Assembly (NCBI RefSeq): GCF_006345805.1
Contig: NC_043006.1
Span: forward strand, 65,844,001 to 65,908,000
Reading direction: 5' to 3'
DNA from: Octopus sinensis
Lineage: Eukaryota
DNA: 64,000 nt
The first letter of the stretch is position 1, and each line of letters begins with the position of its first letter. Under the pieces are notes generated by a model. The model saw only the letters and a list, made by a program, of their open reading frames with translations, was not told the DNA's origin and made no database searches. Below are positions 38,480 to 51,329 of the stretch, one piece after another. The translations under genes and the position numbers were made by a program.

Positions 38480-38851
38480 ACTTCACTGGAGTATGGAAGC
38501 ACTCTGTCGGTTACGACGACGAGGGTTCCGGTTGATCCGAATCAACGGAACAGCCTGCTCGTGAAATTAACGTGTAAGTGGCTGAGCACTCCACAGACAC
38601 GTGTACCCTTAACGTAGTTCTCGGGGATATTCAGCGTGACACGGCCGGCCCTTTGAAATACAGGTACAACAGAAACAGGAAGTAAGAGTGAGAGAAAGTT
38701 GTGGCGAAAGAGTACAGCAGGGATCACCACCATCCCCTGCCGGAGCCTCGTTGAGCTTTAGGTGTTTTCGCTCAATAAACACTCACAACGCCCGGTCTGG
38801 GAATCGAAACCGCGAGTCCACTGCCCTAACCACTGGGCCATTGCGCCTCCA
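38480..38851 (-). mobile_element. tRNA-derived SINE family E, CpG-intact copy
   Basis: The minus strand starts gtggaggcgcaatggcccagtggttagggc...ggtttcgattccc. Related copies at 3566-3880(-), 11975-12195(+), 24256-24540(+) and 12533-12830(+). Confidence 0.75.
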
Positions 38852-38879
38852 CTCAGTGGAGTATATTGCTCTCACAGTT

Positions 38880-39210
38880 GGAATGCAGCTGCTGCTGCTG
38901 TACACAGACATTCTTGACTTCATCCAGAAAAGAGTCATTCATCTGACTCATTCATAAAGTCATTCTCAGATGCACTCAAGCCTCCCACACACTGGTGTGC
39001 CACCTCCTCTATCTCTTCCTTTTTGACAGCAATGATAATTGTCTCTGCTCTGGATGTTGTTAAGCTTATGTAATCTATTCTCAAGCATTTCTTACTTACT
39101 TGTCTTTCTCTCCTCCTTCCTCTCTTCTCATCACTATACTTTAGACAAGTTAATGAAGAAAGCTCTATGCCAAGGACCCTAAAACTTTTCTCCCAGTAGA
39201 CTCTTTCATC
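38880..39210 (+). mobile_element. Decayed CR1/Jockey-like LINE fragment
   Basis: ILDFIQKRVIHL...LKPPTH resembles LLDRVQKRAIRL...LQPLSHRR. Confidence 0.35.
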
Positions 39211-40402
39211 CAGGGCTGGATTAAGACACATAGTAGCCTAAGTACTTAAAAACATTTTGGTGCTCCCATCATCATTATCGTTATCGTTTAACATCCACTT
39301 TCCATGCTGGCATGGGTTGGACGGTTTGACTGGGGACTTGTGATTCAGATTGCTGCACCAAGCTCCAATCTGATCTGGCAGAGTTTCTATAGCTCTGAGA
39401 GTATAGTGGGTGCTTTTTACGTGCTACCGGCATGAGGGCTAGTCAGGCGGTACTGGCAACGGCCACACTCAAACGGTGTTTTTTACGTGCCACCTGCATG
39501 TAATTCAAAATACATGCAATAACAAACCATAAGATAAATTTTTACTTTCCAAAATGAAACAAAATTTACAAAGAGTAATACAGAAAATAACGTTTATTTT
39601 TGTATACTTCCACTCTATTTATATCTGAAAAAATTTTTTTAATTGCAAAATCTGTGATCAGATCTTCAAAATTAACCTTACACAACACATCTGCTTCTAT
39701 ACTTTTTAACAATAAAGCATCCTAAAAAAGATTTTAGCATTTTCTTTTCTTTCTTTGTTTTGTGTTGCAAGTACTTGGTGACCCTGTCAGTGCAGGTGCT
39801 ACGCAGTCCACACTTTAAAGTTGTTGGTGTTAGTAAGGGCATCCAGCTGTAAAAATCCTGCCAAAACAGTCACAGAAGTCTGGTACAGGCTTTGGCCTGG
39901 CTGGCTCCTGTCAAACCATCCCACCCATGCTTGCTCAAGAACACAACACGTAGCCCAGTCTGGGAATTGAACTCACAACCTCACGATTGTAAGTTCGCCG
40001 CTCTAACCACTGAACCATGCACCTTCACATACATACATACATACATATTCTTTTTTACTCTTTTACTTGTTTCAGTCATTTGACTGCGGCTATGCTGGAG
40101 CACCGCCTTTAGTTGACCAAATCGACCCCGGGACTTATTCTTTGTAAGCCCAGTACTTATTCTATCGGTCTCTTTTGCCGAACCGCTAAGTGACGGGGAC
40201 GCAAACACACCAGCATCGGTTGTCAAGCAATGCTAGGAGGACAAACACACAAACACATACACACACATACATATATACGACAGGCTTCTTTCAGTTTCTG
40301 TCTACCAAATCCACTCACAAGGCATTGGTCGGCCCAAGGCTATAGCAGAAGACATTTGCCCAAGATGCCACGCAGTGGGACTGAACCCGGATATATATAT
40401 AT

Positions 40403-40452
<50 letters not shown>

Positions 40453-41891
40453 ACATCAAAATGCAAATCAAATGGAAATTGGAGTTGTGATCTCCATGCT
40501 GGTGGCATGTAATAAGCACCATCCGGACATGATGGCTGATGCCAGCACTGCCTTGACTGGCTCCTGTGCCAGTGACATGTAAAAAGCACCAACCGATTGC
40601 CGGCCTCCCCTGGCCCCTGTGCCGGTGGCACATAAAAAGCACCCAGTACACTCATGGAGTTGTTGGCATTAGGAAGGGCATCCAGCAGTAGAAACACTGC
40701 CAGATCAGACTGGAGCCTGGTGCTGCCCCCTGGCTTCCCAGACCCCAATCGAACCGTCCAACCCATGCTAGCATGGAAACAGAGTTAAACGATGATGATG
40801 ATGATATGACAAATGAAAGACGGAAGATGGAATATATGAGAATTTATTATTGATCACAACAATTGTCAGCAATTCCTCATCAGTTATTGGCCAGAGGGTC
40901 AAATGTAATTTCACATCTGTGTCTTTGTGTCTGTTTTTGCCTTACCCTTCTGTAACTTAGCAGTTCAGCAAAAGAGACCAATCGAGTAAGTACCAGGCTT
41001 AGGAAAAAAAAAAGGACAAAAAATGTACCACGATGGATTTGTTCAACTGAAGTTCTTTCTTCAAAGCAGGGTCTCAGCCCAATAACTAAAACAATTAAAA
41101 AATAGCTGATAAAAGAACACCTATTACTGCAAATAATCATTATCAGGACATATGATAATGTGTTCTTATCAGTTGCACAATTGAATCTTCACATTAAATA
41201 CCTTCAAATGTTCTCTTTCAAAGTGTTTGTTATCATTAAAAGTACTAAAACTCCTTGAACCAGATTTCTGGGTTCTTATGTTATTCTTTTATTCTGTTAC
41301 TTGTTTCAGTCATTTGACTGCCGCCATGCTGGAGCACTGCCTTTTAGTCGAACAAATCGACCACAGGACTTATTCTTTGTAAGCCTAGTACATATCTTTT
41401 TGCTGAAGCACTAAGTTACAGGGACGTAAACACACCAACATCAGTTGTCCAGCAATGGTGTAGGGACAAACACAGACGCAGATAACAAATATATACACAT
41501 ACATACAGACATACATACTATCTTACTTGTTTCAGTCATTTGACTGCAGCCATGCTGGAGCACCACCTTTAGTTGAGCAAATTGGCCCCAGAGCATATTC
41601 TTTGTAAGCTTAATAATTATTCTATCGGTCTCTTTTGCCGAACAGCTAAGTTACGGGGACGTAAACACACCAGCATCGGTTGTCAGGTGATGTTGGGGGG
41701 CAAACACAGACACACATACATATATATACATATATGATGGGCTTCTTCCAGTTTCCGTTTACCAAATCCATTCGCAAGGCTTTGGTCAGCCCAAGGCTAT
41801 AGTAGAAGACACTTGCCCAAGGTGCCATGCAGTGGGACTGAACTTGGGACCATGTGGTTGGTAAGCAAGCTATTTACCACACAGCCACTCC

Positions 41892-41954
<63 letters not shown>

Positions 41955-41969
41955 TACATATATACATAC

Positions 41970-42690
41970 CAGTGGCGTGCGGTGACTTCTGGGGTTGGGC
42001 ATGCAATCAATTTCTTTGCCTCCCCCCACCCCCCGGCAATTTTTCAGTAAAAAAATTTTTGAATTCCTACGATTTACATATGGGAGATTCTGAATATGCA
42101 ATCACCCCCATATGACCTAGAATTAAAAAAAACGTCGCCCTGGTACTATTTAAGAAGAGTGGTCCCGTTGTGCTCGCTCGTGCATCCGCGCTGGCTAGTC
42201 GTGACTAGGCGATCCTACAACTATCTAGCATATTAAATAAATTTTTTAAACAAAATATATAAAACACAAAAACACAAAGTAAATAATGTTTTAAACAAAG
42301 TAAATAAAACACAAAAACACAAAGTAAGGATCGACTAGTCACGACTAGCTGGCGTGGATGCTCGGGTGCATGCACCGGGACCACTCTTCTTAAATAGTAC
42401 CCATGATTTTTAAATTGTTTGCAATACTCATCAAATTTGTTGAAATTCGAAAGTTCCATGAATTTAAACTCTTCTAAGGATGAATATCGTGCTTTTATTT
42501 GGTCAACTATTGTACTGATAATTTTGTTATAAAGCATTTTATAATGTCGGTGGGGCTCAATAGATATATTCTTGGATCTCTGAATTCCGATTCCTGCATC
42601 GACTCCATATTTTTCCCCTAACATATAAAAGATTGAAAAATTATCAAGTTTGTTTTCGAGTACAGTTCTAGTTTTATCTATTTGCTCGAA
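41970..42690 (-). mobile_element. Truncated hAT element: one terminus plus a transposase fragment
   Basis: CAGTGGCGTGCGGTGAC terminus at 41970. Minus-strand peptide ...EPHRHYKMLYNKIISTIVDQIKARYSSLEEFKFMELSNFNKFDEYCKQF (about 42410-42690) resembles the ZMYM1-like hAT transposase region before the dimerisation domain. Confidence 0.65.
42142..42401. mobile_element. Unclassified 260-bp inverted-repeat (MITE-like) element
   Basis: The terminal 26 bp ggtactatttaagaagagtggtcccg are perfectly inverted at both ends. Similarity continues to about 75 bp. The A-rich spacer has a direct repeat of aaacacaaaaacacaaagtaa. Confidence 0.75.
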
Positions 42691-43310
42691 AAAAAAATAA
42701 TAAATACACAGATAAATAAAATAAAAATAATAAATACACAGATAAATAAACAAATAGAAATAAATAACTATATATATATATTTTTTTTTTCGATTCAATT
42801 TATTATTATTATTACTAGTATTGTTGCTATACATACATACATACAAGCATACGTAATGATAATAATAAGTGGATGTAAACACATGAACAAAATAAGAATA
42901 AACAAAAACAAAATACAAATTACATGAACATATATAAACAGAAGATACAAATATTACAGGCATCCCCCCACATACACACACTAAATAAACATAGACGCAC
43001 ATAGAGATATACGCATGCGCAAATGAAGACATACAATAGAAATACAAAATGGTTAGTAAAGAGACAAATAAGAAAGAAGAAAACAAAGGACCACTGATGC
43101 GGTCACAGGAGTGTGACGAAAGAACTCTGGCCAAAATAAGATTAAGATTAATGTAAAAAATAACACTGAAGCAAAATAACACCAAATATATAGTGCGTGT
43201 GTTTTTATTGGCTAAACTGGCAATATGACCATTCCGAAATATAACAATATATATATATATATTTGAATAAAGTGAAAATATATATATATATATATATATA
43301 TTATTATTAT

Positions 43311-43470
43311 ATTAAATCCGTTCTGTCTGTCTGTGTCATCTAGGATCTCGGGCATCCTCCATCCGATCGCGCTCAAATTTGATATGTAGATAACGACGGT
43401 ATCAGGGCGTGTATAAGTCTTGAAAAAATTACAAAAATCGATTCCAGGTAAGAATGCAATCGATAAAGCA
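43311..43470 (+). mobile_element. Helitron/Helentron-like non-autonomous fragment
   Basis: Follows a (TA)n tract; tctgtctgtctgtg...gatctcgggcatcctccatccgatcgcgctcaaattt is typical of rolling-circle non-autonomous 5' regions. Confidence 0.4.
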
Positions 43471-46318
43471 TTCTTTGAAATAGAAGAAAATTCTATCTTT
43501 ATTTCTTCTTTTGCCGGTGTCTCAAATTTAGGTTAAATCAGTGTTTCTCAAAGGGAAGGCCTATGGGACGGTCGGACAAATTGTTTTGAGAAAATTTGGT
43601 TTAAATGTTTGACAACTCAGCACCGTCCATATATATATATATATATATAATAAGTGTATTTAATATATATTATAATGATATTCATTCTCCAATTTGAAGT
43701 GACAATTTTTAAATATAAACAAATGAACGAAAAATGATGAGCTAACCTCAGGCTGAATTGAACTCACAAATCGCTCACCTATCAATTTCAGTCAAATTTA
43801 GTTAATATTATACAGTTATTATACTATGGGCCTTCCATAGTAGCTTTCTCTCTGTAACTCGCAAAACCTTTCGGGTTTGTTAATAAAAATATTACTTATG
43901 TAGTATATTTACATATATAGTATAGCCAACATCCTGCAGGTGACCACAGCATGACTAGCAAAAGTGGGTGTATTCAGCGTAGTATCTTATTTAGGCGAAT
44001 TCCATTAACTGAAACAAGTAGAAGATAAAAGACTCATATCATACCTGCTCAAATAAACTAAAAATCGAATTACAAGTTTCAGAATATAGAGGAATTGTTT
44101 AAATGCTATATTGTCACATTTTCTTACAAACTGACTTTAAAAAAAAAAATTCAAATACTTCTCGAACATATGAAATCTCATATTTCGGTATCTGCACATA
44201 TGCTTATATATCTGTCACGCTTACAGTTAAAAACCATTTGTTTTTGGCCTGATAAACCTAACTTGCTCAAAGATAAGTAAATTACACCGTTGTATTTATT
44301 AATTTATTTTTTAATATTTTCTTTTATCTTTTTCTTGTTTCAGTCATTGGACTACAGCGACGCGGAGGTACCAACTTGACGGGTTTTAGTTGAAGCAATC
44401 GACCCCAGTACTTATTTTAAAATCTGCTACTTGTTCTGTTCCTTTTGGTGAACAGCTAAGTTACGAGGATGGAAACAAACCAGCACGGCTGTTGAGCGGT
44501 GATGGGCAGCAAATACACACACACACACATGTGAAGGGTAAACAGTTTTCGACTGCCAAATCCACTCACAAGGCATCGGACATCTTTGGGGCTATTGTAG
44601 AAGGCACATGCCCAAGGTACTGCGCAGTTGGACTGAACTCGAAACTACATACTATAATTCGATTGATTATTGATTTGAGCAATTCGGTCAATCGTTTTTC
44701 GGTAATTCTGTTTTGTTCAACTGTCCTCGCATAAACTGTTTCGTATGAATATTAATTTTTGTGCGGGCGCACATACGTACATCTTAAAGAGAAATGTCTC
44801 ACAGTTAGTACCTATTTCTTTACTACCCAAGGGGCTAAACACAGAGGGGACAAACAAGGCCAGTGCGTAACTTAGGAATCTCACAGTTAGTACCATCTTA
44901 AGTCACGAGCACATTTTTGCAGTTGCTTGGGAGCCTCATAGATCTAGGGGCCAATTCTTATCAACGTATGCTGTGGCTTGCTGTCAATGAATAAATACCA
45001 AAGGGCCCAGCTGTAGTGGTTTGCCTGGGGGTTTATAATGCTACTGAGACCGTCATGTTCACAGAAAGTAAACTTACTGGACTTTTCCCAACACGGACTA
45101 TCATTCTTGTCTGCGCGTCGGACAAATTTTTTTTAAGCGGCTGAGTGGTGCTAAGACACCCTCAACCATCTTGACAATCTTACAGATGTGGTTTGTTCAA
45201 CGCAGATCGTTGTTTCACAATAATACCCTTTCAGAATCTAATTACAACAGCCTTTTAAATTCTGAGTTCATTCACGTTCCGCCGAAGTGAGCCTTGAAGA
45301 GTCGGTAAAATAAACGATCCAACTCAAGTACAAGGGACGATATTATTATTTCTCTGACACATCCCAGACGTGAGTGGAATTACAATAAAGCTTTCATAAG
45401 TTTCATTTCCGCACCAGCGACATCATTTCCTTGCATCGTCCTTTTACTAAGACAACTTCCACTTTGATCTTATCTGTGACTACTACTTTCAGACAATGTC
45501 ACCTTATATTTCTATCTCTCGCTATCACTACAGGGTACCACCAACATAACTATATATATTCTCAGCACGTTTACTACATTGTAACTCACTTTATTTCTGT
45601 CTCCACCACTCACTATCACCACCACCAGCAGCAGTAAGTAGTCAAGTGGTGTTTCTACGTGGTCGTTCAGCATGCTAGAAATGGCAGCCAAATCTCCTTC
45701 AAATCATACCCTATCTGCCTAAAGAAAACTAATGACATATAGGATAGTCCAGGGTACATTATGTTTTAAAAAAATAACAAACAAAGGCTGGATTGTCACA
45801 AAAGGAACATTTTTTATTACATGCCGGTTTGATCGGGGCTGACCTAGGGTTACCTAATGTTTCTATCTCTTACTACTACCACCACTGTTACAATCACCAC
45901 CATTGTGACCCCTACCTAGAATACTTTTAATGTTTCTTCTTCCCCCTACTATAGCTTACATCTCCACCACCGCTACCCTCATGACTAGCGTGTGAATTCC
46001 CTCCTACCACAACTACCATATTAAAATATCTTTATTTCCCTTCCTCTACTACCAATATGAACACCTCCTCTTCCCATCTCTCACTACTTCTTACATATCT
46101 TCTCCTGCTTCTTTATCCATCTGTAACATTACCATAATATTCTTCCTTCTCCTCCTCCTCCTCTTATAACCCTCAGCACCACAACCACCATCGCTACATT
46201 CTCTTTCAGTTCTCCTCCTCCCACTTTCACTTATAGTTCTCCTTTCACCACACCATTTCTTCTTTCCCGGCTTCAGAACTCGTAACTTCGGATTTCTTTA
46301 TTCAAGATCGAATCAACC

Positions 46319-46432
46319 ATGGAACACATAACCCTTCCCGGCACCGATCTGAAAGTGACTCCTGTCTGTCTCGGTACATGGCAATTTAACAATGGTATCA
46401 CCAACAATACTTGGGATGCACAGACAGAAGAG
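46319..46432 (+). CDS. Aldo-keto reductase family protein, coding exon 1
   Basis: ATG in aaccATGG context; MEHITLPGTDLKVTPVCLGTWQFNNGITNNTWDAQTEE|gtgagc. Typical AKR N-terminal LG-T-L-V-x-x-x-x-LGTW motif. Confidence 0.92.
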
Positions 46433-46710
46433 GTGAGCGATGTTTTTGTCTGTCGTCGTTCGTTATTATTTAATTTCATTACAGCACCACCTCGTGCCAT
46501 GTTGCTGCTGTTTCAGTTCTCCTCCTCTTTGTCCCATGTTGTTGTTGTTTTAGCACCAGGCCGGCTATTATCGAAAGATATTCAAGTCAAGACCATCCAC
46601 CTTCATAGGCGTAGTTCATATCAGTTTGCAATAATTGATGTCTGTTTTAAATATAAAACAGTAGAGTGAAAGGAATTTCGTTGCTGTTTCTGGCTACTCG
46701 AGCAAGTACG

Positions 46711-46850
46711 TAGCACCGTGGGCAAACTGTGGCCCGCGAGACATCCTGAATGACACGCCTACGAAAAAATTACATGTTTTTAGTATTGTCTGCCTGACGA
46801 CGAGCCTTGTCCCGTACTGCTAGCTTTTTGGAAAAGGTTGCCCATGCATG
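46711..46850. mobile_element. hAT (Charlie/Buster-like) MITE remnant
   Basis: gtgggcaaactgtggcccgcg...gaaaaggttgcccatgcatg. Similar Charlie-like ends at 6745-6775, 9442-9495 (ggtccgtggaaaaattgtctt), 26000-26022, 43537 and 48361 (after tctagac). Confidence 0.5.
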
Positions 46851-49256
46851 TTATAGAGGTTCCATTATTTGGCCTTCAATCTCATCAAAGCTGTCTATGA
46901 TAAATGGCATTCCAGCCGTGGCAGTACTGTCATTTTTGTGTGTGTGTGTGTGTGTGTGGTCGTATTATTGAGGGGAATTTTGCATATAAGACTACACGGT
47001 GGTACACCACCCTTTTCAGCGTAACAAAAACCCTGATCCTAACTCTAACCCTGAATACCGAGTGTGCGTATTTTTTACTTCCGCCGGACTACGCTATCCA
47101 ATGTGTCTGTAGGGACCTCGCTTGGCCCTGCCTGAGATTTGAAATCAAAATAATGTAAACTTCATTCCATCGATGCCGGATGCATTATCTTCTACACCCG
47201 ACAACTTACATTGAACCATGAACATCACATTTCGGTACATGTCCTATTTTAGAGATGGCAAGGAGATTTGGCTGCTATTTCTAACAGATCAAGCGACCAC
47301 TTAAAGGCTTCACTCATCTCCAAGTCTATTTTGTTTTGTTTGCGCCACTACATAACTGCTACTTTTTAACCACAGGCTTACTGTAGTGCAACAGATCTAT
47401 GATCAAAGGCGTTCCAGCCGTGTCAGACCAAGGACGGAATTGTTAGAACGTAGGATAAAGATACCTTGTGGTAATTTATACCGACCCTCTGTATTCTTGT
47501 GTAATGGACTTAATCCATCGCTTAGTTTTATGTCACCATTTGGTCCTTTTACAGAATTCGTGCTATATTTCTGGTTTGATGATGAATCCTCCCTTCCACT
47601 CAGTCTCAGAGTCCCCACTCTGGAAAGGCCATGGGTGTTGCCTTTCCCGCTTTGATTAAGCACCAAAAAGAAAAGTGTATACCTAGGGCTACATTATCAA
47701 ATGTGTTCTTAATTAGTATGTTTAAGTCAGAGCCGTCTTTGCTGCCCATGCCTTAAGACGGCTCTGGGCTGGATGTGATTTGAGATCTAGCTGTTGTTTC
47801 AAGTATACCAAGTGACTATATCAGGTGCCACCGTGTCGACAACTTCATGATGCGCTTTCTTTAATCTTACGCTATAGGTGAGCTTACAGGTTTTCAGTGT
47901 TGGAAAATAACGGCTACATATTTTTGTGTGAACATTTAAAAGGATATGTGTAGTCTTAAGAGATACAACAGCTATAACTAAAAAAAAGACTTTTCCATTT
48001 TGTCCGTCGGTACAATGAAGCAGACAGAAAGTTGGCGAGGGAGACATGCTGGAACAGCCACTCTGGGGATTGCACTTGTGGATAGCTATCTCTGGCCCAA
48101 CAGAAGTGAGCAAAGATGTAGTCCGGTTGGCCAAACACAGGATCAAACACAAATCTGCGGCTGATATTTTGAAATTTTATCATTCTTTGATAAAGAGAGA
48201 AGTCAGGACTGCTGGCCAAACACACCAGGCTGCTGCTGGAGAAGGTGTAGGGTTTACCATCACAGGACCCGAAAATTGTCATGCTGTTTGGTTTTTTTAC
48301 CGTCCCCTCTATCCAGCTCTTCTAGACAGAGCTGGGAAGGGAAGCCTACAGTATCTAGACCAGGGCTGGCCAACCTGAGGTCTGCAGACTTTTATCTTGC
48401 GGCCCGCTTGATGCTTTCTTGAAGTATTGTGCTTAATTTCAAAATAAAATTGTTTGTGTAAAACATTTGTTTCAAAATAAATTTAAAATTTATAAGTGGC
48501 AATAACGCACTATCCTACAATTTTATCATTTTCAACGAAAAGTCTGAAAAATTCTTGATTCTGTAATTTGATTATTTGACTCTTATTGCATGAACTATAG
48601 AAGTTTTTTTTTATTCTATTTTTCCTCATTTTCAACTTTAAAACACAAGAAGTATGCTGTGAAGTCCAATTGAGAACCACTTTTAACCCCATGGCTGTGG
48701 AGTCGGAAACAATTAATTACATAGAGGAGTCGGAGGTGCCAATAATAGAGGAGTCAGAGTCAAAGTTTTTTGTTTCAACTCCACAATCAGTTTATCAAAT
48801 CCCTTCACAAGGCCCGGGGCTATAGTAGAAGACACTTGCCCAAGATTCTGCACAGTGAGGCTGAGCCCGAAACTGTGTGGTAGCAAAGCCAGTTTCTTAA
48901 CTGCAAACCTCTACCACTCGTGTATATCAAAATTTTGTTTAACTTGTTTTTCAAGACACCCAGTCGATAATTAGTATTGATTTTCTAAATATAACCTTCA
49001 ATTATATTTTTGAAAACTTCTCGGTGCACCTAGATACATCACTTGAAGTACACCGTTTGAGAGCCACCGCTGTAGAAAACTTGACAACTTACATACAGAA
49101 AGAGAGTGTAGAATATTTTATATTTTAGCGGCAGAAATTAAAACGAGGGCCAACAAATGAATATAGCTGTAGGTCAGCTCCAATCCAGCAGACTGGTAAT
49201 CAAAAAGTATTCTAGCCATGATCAGCCCATATTTTATTCAGACAGTATCCATGGTT

Positions 49257-49481
49257 AAGGCGGCAAGCTGGCAGAAATGTTAGAACACTGGGCGAAATGC
49301 TTAACGGTATTTTGTCTGTCTTTACGTTCTGAGTTCAAATTTCACTGAGGTCAACTTTGCCTTTTATCCTTTCGGGATTGATAAATTAAATACCAGTTGT
49401 GTACTGGGGGTCGATCTAATTGACTGGCTGCCTCCTCCAAAATTTCAGGCCTTGTGCCTAGAGTAGAAAAGATTATTATTA
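49257..49481 (+). mobile_element. tRNA-derived SINE family B (central gtcgactttgcctttcatcctttcggggtcgataaat domain), representative copy
   Basis: Head aaggcggcaagctggcagaa...gttctgagttcaaatt, conserved central domain and (att)n tail. More than 25 copies, e.g. 7700-7910(-), 9815-10030(+), 29278-29497(+), 38225-38437(-), 50556-50780(-). Confidence 0.85.
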
Positions 49482-51329
49482 TCCAAGGTGTTTTTTATTC
49501 TTTTTAGATAAGTGATTTAAGGGAGATTTAGTTTTTATTTCTAACAGGCTGAGTGATTGTATAGGTTGCCTCACTGGTTTGTGAATGAAGGACATAGTAC
49601 TGGGTAAAAGACCCCTTTAAGATAATTCGTTTTAATTTTGGCACAAGGCCAACAAGTTTAGGGGAGTGATAAGTCAATCACATCAACCCTAGTAGATGAC
49701 TGGTACTTATTTCATCCACCCTCAAAAGGATGAAAGGCAAAGTTGATCTCTTATTTCTTTTACTTGTTTCAGTCATTTGACTGTGGCCATGCTGTAGCAC
49801 TGACTGTAGTTGAACAAATTGACCCCAGGATTTATTCTTTGTAAGCCTAGTACTTATTCTATCGGTTCCTTTTGCTGAACTACTAAGTTACAGGGATGTA
49901 AACACACCAATATCAATTGTCAAGCAATGGTGGGGGGACAGACAGACACACACACGAGTTTCTTTCAGTTTCCATCTACCAAATCCATTCACAAGCTTGG
50001 TCAGCCCAAGACTATAGTAGAAGACACTTGCCCAAGGTGCCACGCAGTGGGACTGAACCTGAAACCATGTGGGTAGAAAGTAAGCTTCTTACCACTAACT
50101 TTATGTATACCCCAAAATAGTTATTTTGACACAATTTAAAATTCCCAATGTCAGTTATTTCCCTTCATGTCTACTGTTTATTCATGCTCAGATCAGCCCT
50201 GATCCAGCATACTTATGTTCAATGAAAGGCTTTTCAGCCATGGCAATACTCTCTTAATCATTCATCATTTGTTTCAGTCATTGGATTGCTGCCATTCTGG
50301 GGCACCACCCTGAAAGGTTCCATTGTACAAATCAACCCCAGAACTTATTTTTATGTGTGGTGCTCATTCTATCATTTACTTTTGCTGAACCACTAAGTAA
50401 TGGGATCATTAACAAACCAACATCGGTTGTCTAGTGGTGATGGTGGTAGTAGTGGGGTAAAAACGCACACACACACACACACATATGTATTCATCATCCT
50501 TGTTTCAACTTCGACTTTTCCATGCTTACATGGAGCTTCCACTCAGTTTCTTATTTCTTTACTGCCCACAAGAGGCTACACACAGAGGGAACAAACAAGG
50601 ACAGACAAACGGATTAAGTCGATTATATCGACCCCAGTGCGGAACTGGTACTTATTTAATCCATTAAAAGGATGAAAGGCAAAGTTGACCTCAGCGGAAT
50701 TTGAACTCAGAACGTAGCGGCAGACGAAATACCGCTAAGCGTTTCGCCCAGCGTGCTAACATTTCTGCCAGCTCGCTTCCACTCAGTTTCTGCCACTCAC
50801 AAGGCATTGGTCAGCTTAGAAACATAATAGAAGACACTTGCCTGAGGTGCCAAGCAATAAATGTGAGCCCAAAACCATGTGACTGCAAAGTGAGCTTCTT
50901 ACCATATAGCCATGCATATGCTTGAAAAAAAAAATTTGAGCCAACTCACTCATTTCTGATCCCATAGTAGTGAATTGAAGGAGTCCTAAGCCTTGCTAAA
51001 TAAACTTGGCCCAAGACCCAGATCCACTAGTTCTATGTATCACTATCTGTCTATATTTATTTATTTATCTGTCTGTCTATCTCAATCAATCAATCAATCA
51101 ATCACAAATATTTAGTTATCTTGTGTTAATTATTTTGCACTAAGTTGTTCTAGACAGACAAAGATCTGAGATAATATTTTTGAAGTAAGATTAGTCAACC
51201 AAAAATATTGCAATCCTTATTAAAATGGAACTGTGCACCATTTCTCTCTCTCTCCCTGTATATACTAGGAACTATGGTTTGACAACCAATAAAATAGAAG
51301 AGACCTGAGTGAACTCTTCCATTATCCTG

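Noticed and set aside
42205-43185. 326-aa minus-strand ORF, the longest in the track
   Set aside because: Mostly low-complexity AT/microsatellite translation. Only about 42410-42690 is transposase-like; it is not a gene.
48046-48378. 110-aa ORF weakly reminiscent of an L1/Tx1 ORF2 C-terminus
   Set aside because: No diagnostic motif recognised with confidence; it needs a profile search.
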